This document shows positions 57,527 through 64,000 of a stretch of 64,000 nucleotides of DNA, in pieces. The notes under the pieces were generated by a model that had not been told where the DNA came from, did not search any database, and saw only the letters and a list, made by a program, of their open reading frames with translations. The stretch lies in the IMG/VR virus record IMGVR_UViG_3300028914_000078, positions 3,752 through 67,751 of that record, one strand, 5' to 3'. Position numbers and translations under genes: made by a program. Origin of the DNA: a virus. Taxonomy: Duplodnaviria; Caudoviricetes. Position 1 is the first letter of the stretch, and every line of letters starts with the position of its first letter.

Positions 57527-59713
57527 TCAGTCTGTGAAGACATTCCTTGCCTTCAGATACTCCTTCACGAAGTCAGGAGCGTTGTCGTAGTCGATCAGCT
57601 CCTTGAATGAGCACTTCATCACATCGTTGTTGTCATCGAGGATGAAGCGGTTGACTGCATCCACGAGCCACAGGGTAGCCTTGATGGTCTCCACCTTGAG
57701 TGAGCCACGGAAGATTCTTATCTCCACGGTGGCGCTGTTGGCGAGGTTGACTGCCTGATAGCGGTCGTATGAGGACTTCTTCTTCTTGGCGTCCTCCAAA
57801 TCCTTGGTCGGAGAACCGCATCTTTCGGACAGGAACGCAGCCCACCTCTCCGTGTTGTTGCGTCTCGCAATCTTCTTCCACTGCGCCATGAAGTGGTCGT
57901 ATGCGAACATGAGCTTCTCCTCATAATCCGCGATGCTGGCCTCGATGAACGGCTTGCGGGAGATGTGGACATGCAGTCCGCATGTGGTCGTGTCGTGGCT
58001 TCTCATTCCGTTCTCACGGGCGATGTTGCACACCTTCTCCCACATGTCTGACTCAAGATGGAACCTGAGTGTGGCGGGATGTGTGACGACCTCCGCTCCG
58101 TTGTCCAGTGAGCCGTCATGCTTGCAGTAGAGCGGGAGACATGCGTCGTACAGGGCTCTTGCGAAGTCGTCCGGGTCTCCTTCTCCGTCGACGCTGTCGG
58201 TCTCATCCTCCACACCGTAGAACAGTGTGTTCTCAACCTTCAGCTCCTCGTCTTTCATGTGCTGGAAGCAGGGGTGCGGCTTGAAGGAGTAGTTGTTGAT
58301 TCCACGGCATCCTCTGTTCGGGGAGCTGTCTCCCGTGCAGTCGATGCCGTCTCCGTTCCCACCCTCTCCGCAGTTGGGGCAGCAGCTGAAGTCATCGCTG
58401 TAGTATGTGTCACAGTTGTCACACCATGTGGCGTTGTTGTCTATACATGAGTCGCACCAGTACTCGGTGTTGCCGTCGTCATCTATAATGACCTCATGGG
58501 TGTTGGGGACGTAGTCCTCACACCTGTCACACCATGAGAGGTTGTCCTCACAACAGCTCTCGCAGACATATGCGTTGAGGTACTCGCTCCAGCGCATGTT
58601 GTCCCTGAGCTCCCAGTTGCGGCAGTAGTGACACTTGGCGTAGTCTGACTCTATGCAGTCGATGCAGACATACTCGTCGTCCACCAACTCGTAGACTTCG
58701 CCCTCGTACTTGCTGTCGAGTCTGTCGGGGTCATCGGGATCCCTGTACTTGTCGTCGAACGCATGACCGCAGTGCATGCAGATGATTCTGTCCCGCTCCT
58801 CTCCGACGTCCCTGATGATGGCGTACTGGGAAGCCTTGACGATGTACTTCCTGCCGATTGCCTTGCTCTCGGAGTTGCCTGTGCACTCGACCTCCACCAT
58901 GCCCATCGGGAGCAGCTTGGTGACGACTCCCCTGAAGTTGAAGTGCCTTGTGAGAAGGTACTTGCCGTTGGACTCGCTGTAGGCTCCGATGGTCATGCCC
59001 ACCTTCATCTTGGCGTTGTGCACGGGCTCGTCCGACAGGGAGATGTGCTCCACGCTTGTCCTGATGACGTATCTGCCCGGGACTCCGTCCGATGAATCCG
59101 ACGAGAGGATTCCCGGCGCCTCGTCGTCCGTAAGGACTCTGACGGGGTTGTACCTGTCGTATGTCCTGAAGGCGAAGATGTAGCCGTAAGCCTCCACGCA
59201 CCCGCGTGTGACCTTGACCCTGTCCCACAGATGGAACCCGCCGAGCTCCTCGATTCCGAGCTCCTCGTTGTTGAGCCCAGACCCGTGCTCGGCGAGGCGG
59301 ACGTCGTCGGGGAAGATGTTTATCTCCCTTCCGACGAAGCCGTACTTCTCCGCGAGGCTGTCCGTGATATGGATCCTGAACGCGGTGTTCGAGTTGTACC
59401 ACCTCGGGGCAGAGACCACGTAGCCCCTCTCCCACGTATCTCCGAGCACACGGAACTCGACCACGTCGCCCGGCTCGTACTCGTACGGATTGACCGAGCA
59501 CTCGGGCACAGCCTCGAAGACCCTGCCCACGTCAGCCCTTCTGCGGGCTCCCACGCAGAGGAGTTTGTACACGTTCTCCCCCGTGTTCGTCTTCGTCCAG
59601 TTCACGATCCTTCCGACGAACCTGTTCATCCTCGTGATCGACACTCCACGCTCGTCACTTCTCCAAGCGTCCTGATTCACATTTGCGATAACTGTACTTC
59701 CGATTGCGTACAT
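57527..59713 (-). CDS. Amidoligase (COOH-NH2 ligase type 2) with Cys-repeat Zn-ribbon array
   Basis: Eight CxxC pairs, then 'FYGVEDE', 'KHDGSL...EVVTHP', 'TCGLHVHISR', 'RYQAVN', 'TVEIRIFRGSL'. Confidence 0.88.
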   Translation of the reverse strand: MYAIGSTVIANVNQDAWRSDERGVSITRMNRFVGRIVNWTKTNTGENVYKLLCVGARRRADVGRVFEAVPECSVNPYEYEPGDVVEFRVLGDTWERGYVVSAPRWYNSNTAFRIHITDSLAEKYGFVGREINIFPDDVRLAEHGSGLNNEELGIEELGGFHLWDRVKVTRGCVEAYGYIFAFRTYDRYNPVRVLTDDEAPGILSSDSSDGVPGRYVIRTSVEHISLSDEPVHNAKMKVGMTIGAYSESNGKYLLTRHFNFRGVVTKLLPMGMVEVECTGNSESKAIGRKYIVKASQYAIIRDVGEERDRIICMHCGHAFDDKYRDPDDPDRLDSKYEGEVYELVDDEYVCIDCIESDYAKCHYCRNWELRDNMRWSEYLNAYVCESCCEDNLSWCDRCEDYVPNTHEVIIDDDGNTEYWCDSCIDNNATWCDNCDTYYSDDFSCCPNCGEGGNGDGIDCTGDSSPNRGCRGINNYSFKPHPCFQHMKDEELKVENTLFYGVEDETDSVDGEGDPDDFARALYDACLPLYCKHDGSLDNGAEVVTHPATLRFHLESDMWEKVCNIARENGMRSHDTTTCGLHVHISRKPFIEASIADYEEKLMFAYDHFMAQWKKIARRNNTERWAAFLSERCGSPTKDLEDAKKKKSSYDRYQAVNLANSATVEIRIFRGSLKVETIKATLWLVDAVNRFILDDNNDVMKCSFKELIDYDNAPDFVKEYLKARNVFTD

Positions 59714-60034
59714 TTCCGAAGCCCCCTCCTTAGGGGCGTGCGGAGACCTGCAGGCTCCATTTCCTCTTCCTGCCTGCTTCTCTCCAGTCAGATGACGATG
59801 ACCGATGATTCTCCACCAGTCCCGATATAAGAAAGGGGGGACGGACTCACTTCATCCCCCCGACTGTCCCCGTATGACACACGTGTACCCCTTTGACACA
59901 GGGGTGTATCAATGTGACACACATAATCGGCTATACCCAATACCCCAGTATGGGGAAAGGGGTGTTGGGGGAGGGCTGGGCGCCCCCCTCCCGCCCTTCA
60001 CTAACTCCTTTTCACATATAGAGTTACTTCTTCA

Positions 60035-60923
60035 TCACGGCCTCCTCCTCACAATCACCTCGTCCCCGTCCACGGGCATGATGTAGACGAACTTCGGCGT
60101 CTCCATGACCACGGAGGACTCCTCCCCCGTGCTGTCTATCCTGCATGAGCTCACAGGCTCCTCGTCGCTGACAGCGATGCCGAAGCCCCTGAGATAATTC
60201 TTGGCGCTCATCTCGAGCAGAAGTTTGGACATGTCCCCTCCTTCACCCCGCGGGTGTCTCAGACAGACACCGCAACGGCTCCGTCACGGTACATCTGCAC
60301 GAACTTCTGATATGCGATGTGGTCGAGCTCCTTCTCCTCTTCCCGCTCCTTGCGGCGCAGGAGGCGGAGCTTCTTCGCCTCCTCTGTCTTGCTGAACTTC
60401 AGGCAGTGGTCGAGATACACGGTCTCCCCTCCCACGTGCAGTGGGGTGCCCTCGGCGATCACGGTCTCCACCAGCTCGTCGAAGTCGAACTTGTGATAGC
60501 CTGCCTTGCGGAGCAACGGCTCCACCTTGTCCTTGTTGGCGGGGATGTTCACCCCGTCTCCGATTATCAGATACTTAGCCATTGTTTCCTCCTGTGGCTG
60601 TCGGTCTGTAGATGATGCACAGGCCGCGGGCGCACACCGCCCCCGGGCCTCCCGCTTTCCTTGTGCGCAGTATGATGCGCCTTCGCCTCTCAGACGGCGT
60701 CGATGGCGTACTTGACCGCACCTTCGTCACCTCCGCGACTCTGCGCACAGCGCACCTGCGCGTCTGTGAGGACGACTCCGAAGCTGGTCTCCGCGATGCA
60801 TCGGATGAACTCCTCGGGGACTACCTTGATAGTCCCCTGCCTCTTCTGCGCACGGAGCTCCCCCCTGCGCAGACTGTCCTTGAATCTCACGCTCATGGAC
60901 TCCTCCTCACTGCTCGTCGGCAA
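60035..60923 (-). CDS. Three small hypothetical genes (60035-60232, 60259-60582, ~60690-60900)
   Basis: Minus-strand ORFs with GGAG RBS. Confidence 0.5.
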
Positions 60924-61143
60924 TCTGATAGCCGAGGTTCTTGACGGTCTCCCTCATCTGCTTGAGTCCGTCCTCAAGCATCCTGCGGGACTCCTCAGGG
61001 GACGGGCTCTCCGCAGTGATCTCCAACTGCATGCAGCCCTTGCTGTTCATCGACACGTTCATGCGTACGCGCGGGCGTGTCTCCTCATTCGGCGCCTCGT
61101 TCACATTGATTGCGTAGACGGGCTGTGTTTTCTTCTGTGCCAT
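60907..61143 (-). CDS. Small hypothetical protein, paralogue of 43581-43781
   Basis: GGAGG RBS before MAQKK; core RVRMNVSMNSKGCMQ. Confidence 0.65.
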   Translation of the reverse strand: MAQKKTQPVYAINVNEAPNEETRPRVRMNVSMNSKGCMQLEITAESPSPEESRRMLEDGLKQMRETVKNLGYQIADEQ

Positions 61144-61187
61144 TTTCTGCACCTCCGAAGATTTGATATGCGAAGCCATACGGCTCC

Positions 61188-61225
61188 ACTTTATATATCT
61201 ATCTTATAAGATAGATATATAAAGT
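61188..61225. repeat. 38-bp perfect AT-rich palindrome
   Basis: actttatatatctatcttataagatagatatataaagt equals its own reverse complement. Confidence 0.95.
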
Positions 61226-61264
61226 CGAGGGGAGGCGGGCTCCAGTCGCCTCCCGCTCCATTTC

Positions 61265-61498
61265 TCAGTAGCCGAGCCCTAGCCACAGTTCCAGCTCACT
61301 CACGACTCCGAGCAGGCTCCCGTCTTCGGCGTGGAAGCTCACGAGCTTCTCTCCGTTGGCTCCTGCCAAATACTGCACGAACGAGGCGCCGAGCAATTCC
61401 TTGTGCTCCCGCACCATCTTGTGAAGGCGCTCCAGCCTCCGCACCTCATGGCGGGCCTCCCGCTTGTGCCTGATCCTTGTGATAAGATTCTCTTTCAT
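61265..61498 (-). CDS. Small hypothetical protein
   Basis: GGAGG RBS; followed by hairpin GGAGGCG..CGCCTCC. Confidence 0.55.
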   Translation of the reverse strand: MKENLITRIRHKREARHEVRRLERLHKMVREHKELLGASFVQYLAGANGEKLVSFHAEDGSLLGVVSELELWLGLGY

Positions 61499-61871
61499 GT
61501 TCTGCCTCCTGTCGCAGAAATATCACGTGGGTGTATGTCACCTGCCGGTCTCCCAGCCATGCACCCACGTCCATATTGCCACGACTCCCCGCCTCCCCGT
61601 GTTCACCCACGGGTGACGGCGTGCTCTATGGAGAAACACTCCAACTCCCAAAAAGGCGACGGCTCCCGGCTCCTCAGTGTCCTTTGGCTCCCTGCCTCCC
61701 GTGTCCTTTCGGGACACGACGACGTGGAGCCAAAAGGGCAGAAAGTCCCCGCGTTTGCGGTTGCGGGTGCGGTCGCACAGCCACGGAATTTTGGTCACTG
61801 TACTAAACAATTTTTGCAGACGGACATAAAAAAAGCACGGCAACGTGTTTTGCTTGCCGTGCTTGCCGTGT

Positions 61872-62159
61872 TCAATTGTTGAACACAAATAATGTTTTGC
61901 CGTTTACAACGACACGTGCAAAGTCTTTGCCGTTGTCCGTTCTATGGTATTTTGCCGTTGCTTTCTTGCCGTGCATGTACTTTTCAACGTCTACGTTAAA
62001 ATGCAACGTCTGCACGTTCTGTTTGTCCGTGCGTTCTGCTTTCTTGACTAGCTTGCAATCTGCCGTGTAATCAATCATGGACTTAAACGCACGTGCTTTC
62101 AATTCATTGTGTACTTTTGGACACTTTCCGTTGAAACTGTAATTGCGATTGCTTTTCAT
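61872..62159 (-). CDS. Basic hypothetical protein in the AT-rich terminal segment
   Basis: AAAGGAAAG RBS before MKSNRNY. Confidence 0.6.
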   Translation of the reverse strand: MKSNRNYSFNGKCPKVHNELKARAFKSMIDYTADCKLVKKAERTDKQNVQTLHFNVDVEKYMHGKKATAKYHRTDNGKDFARVVVNGKTLFVFNN

Positions 62160-62228
62160 TTTTGCTTTCCTTTTTTGTTTGCTGGATTTACTGCACGTGT
62201 TGTTTGTTGCCGTGTTCGTTGCTACCAA

Positions 62229-62987
62229 TTACAAACCGAGGTTTGCAATTGCCGTTGCTTTCCGATACTCAGCAACTATATCATTGTTATCTGATACAGT
62301 TTGCAGAATAACACGGACGTTGTCAAAGTCTGTTGCAATCATGTTCTGATAATCGAGATACGATTTTTTACTTTCGTCATCAGTTATCGTGCTTTCCGTG
62401 TCTGCAATTGCGCACCATAAAGCACACAATTGGGCGTTGCTGAAGTAGACAACCTTTTCAATAATGTTGCGATATTCAACATTATCAACAATGAAAGTCT
62501 TTTCATCTTTCGGCAATAAATCGTACTTTGTTAGCTCGTCTTTCGTTGCCGTGATACTCCCGCAATGCTTGCAATTACTATCTTTTGCAAAGTCTGCAAT
62601 GACGTCATTAAACGTCATCTTGTTACGTTTCCAAATCGGCAAAATTGCTTTCTTGTATTTGTCCTCAATTGCTTTTTTGCTTTCATCGTGCAACGTGTGC
62701 AGATTATCAGATTCAGAATAAAGATTCTGAATTGTGAGTAAAGCACGATAATTGCCGTGCTTGTCTTTCTTGCAATCACGTGTAATTACGGCACAATAAT
62801 CTTTGAATGTACCATAAAGCACAACGGCACTATTGCCGAGCATGATAGACTTAATTTGTGCAAGTCCATCTGCATATTCTGCATAGTGCTTTCCTTTATT
62901 GTCGTAGCGTGTTGCAAGTGCGTTGCGTGTTGATTCTGAAAAAGACTTAAATTTTGCAGTCCTCAAAACTGATTCTTTGTTATTCAT
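62229..62987 (-). CDS. Hypothetical protein (252 aa) in the AT-rich terminal segment
   Basis: AAAGGAAC RBS before MNNKESV. Confidence 0.65.
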   Translation of the reverse strand: MNNKESVLRTAKFKSFSESTRNALATRYDNKGKHYAEYADGLAQIKSIMLGNSAVVLYGTFKDYCAVITRDCKKDKHGNYRALLTIQNLYSESDNLHTLHDESKKAIEDKYKKAILPIWKRNKMTFNDVIADFAKDSNCKHCGSITATKDELTKYDLLPKDEKTFIVDNVEYRNIIEKVVYFSNAQLCALWCAIADTESTITDDESKKSYLDYQNMIATDFDNVRVILQTVSDNNDIVAEYRKATAIANLGL

Positions 62988-63591
62988 TGTTTTGTTCCTT
63001 TTGAATTGTGATTCAATCGTGAACACGGCAACAAATAACACGTGCAATAGTTTGTGTTTGCTTGCCGTCCGTCCGTTGAACGTCAAGTCTATTTTGCTAC
63101 ATGTTCGCACTAGGTTTGTATAGTGTGTTTGTTCTGCTATCCTACGTTAAACAGTTTGCCATATTGTTACAGTGTTTACGCTTTTAGACTTTGGCACGTT
63201 GCGTTTGTTTGTCCGTGTCTTTCTGTCCGTGCGCCTGCTATCGTCTGCACAAACCTACATGTCAAAAATCAACAAGTGCAAATGCACTTTCCCAATATCC
63301 ATTATTTCACAATAGTGCAATAGTGTCAACATAAAGTTTATACACGTTTTTGCACGTGCTTTTTGTCCGTGTCTTTCCGTGTCTGCTTGCCGTGTCCGTG
63401 TACACGTGCGCAATACTTCTATAATTTGCCGTGTAACGTGTGACAGTGCCGTTTTTAAGACACTTTCTTTTCTTGCCGTGTTTTTTCTTGTCTTGCCGTT
63501 GTCCGTGCGTTTTACGTGCGTTTCTTGCGTGTCCGTGCTTGCCCGTGTTTTCTGCACGTGTTCACGGACTACAAAACACGGCAAAAACACT

Positions 63592-63747
63592 TGTTTATAT
63601 CCTGTGCATAACCCTGTCAGTATCTTGTGCATAACTTGTGTACAGCCCTGTGCATTGCTTGTGCATAGCCTGTCAGTTTCCCTGTTCACAGCCTGTGCAT
63701 AACTTGTGCATAGGGTTGTGCATAACCTGTGCATAACCTGTGCGAAA
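63592..63747 (-). repeat. Phased tandem array of DnaA-box-like 9-mers
   Basis: 14 TGT-initiated units at 11/11/12-bp spacing; five exact TGTGCATAA (= TTATGCACA, matches TTWTNCACA) at 63603, 63626, 63694, 63717, 63728. Confidence 0.85.
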
Positions 63748-64000
63748 AACCGACCTTTTTCCGGGGCCGAATCGCCATAAAATTTCTGACACTTCCAAAC
63801 CCTATATTTGGCCCCTTGCCCGATGATTCGTATATAGGGGGGGGCACACCGCGCATCCATGAGAAATTTCTGACATTTTTTCAATCCCTTATTTGCCCCC
63901 TCCCCACTGTGTCCCCTATCGGCGCATACTGCGCTTCCTCCCCCTTCTCCCTTTCTCTCTACTCTCCTTCCCCCATCCTTCTCCCTCCTTCCTGCCCGTT

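Noticed and set aside
59714-60034. Replication origin in the G/C-run-rich gap
   Set aside because: Only short hairpins and homopolymer runs; no AT-rich unwinding element or clear iterons, so it is not called beyond the TGACACA note.
63592-63747. CRISPR array
   Set aside because: Units are 11-12 bp and contiguous with no unique spacers, and no cas genes are present.
1-64000. Prophage with integrase/att sites or flanking host genes
   Set aside because: No tyrosine or serine recombinase motifs and no housekeeping host genes were recognised; lifestyle cannot be fixed from this window.

Overview
The whole window reads as most of one tailed-phage (siphovirus-like) genome with two convergent arms; I see no host DNA, integrase, terminase, tRNA or CRISPR array. 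The + strand (1-44.2 kb) runs: portal C-terminus, DUF2213 protease/scaffold, major capsid, head-tail genes, major tail protein, a -1 frameshifted tail chaperone, tape measure, tail tip and fibre genes, then a complete diversity-generating retroelement (DGR: target tail gene with VR, GC hairpin, avd, TR, RT). After it come an accessory cluster with a T4 gp30.3-like NADAR protein, a holin/spanin cassette with no recognisable endolysin, and a self-sufficient replication/recombination module (DnaB-like helicase, RuvC-like resolvase, beta-clamp, UDG-like/PolA fusion, clamp loader, SSB, RecA, split Rad50/SbcC with Mre11/SbcD, sigma-like factor, primase). The - strand (44.2-63.1 kb) carries SNF2 helicase, a replication initiator-like protein, an XRE regulator, many small hypotheticals and a glutamine amidotransferase + amidoligase pair. 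It ends in a compositionally distinct ~2 kb segment with a phased DnaA-box array. Best-supported highlight: the DGR (TR and VR align over 106 nt with 23 differences, every one at a TR adenine). Least-explained structures: the 11/11/12-bp phased DnaA-box array, the motif-dense GATC-free terminal segment, a 38-bp perfect palindrome and a non-sigma70 promoter-like motif before the replication genes. All family assignments come from motif recognition by eye, not database searches.
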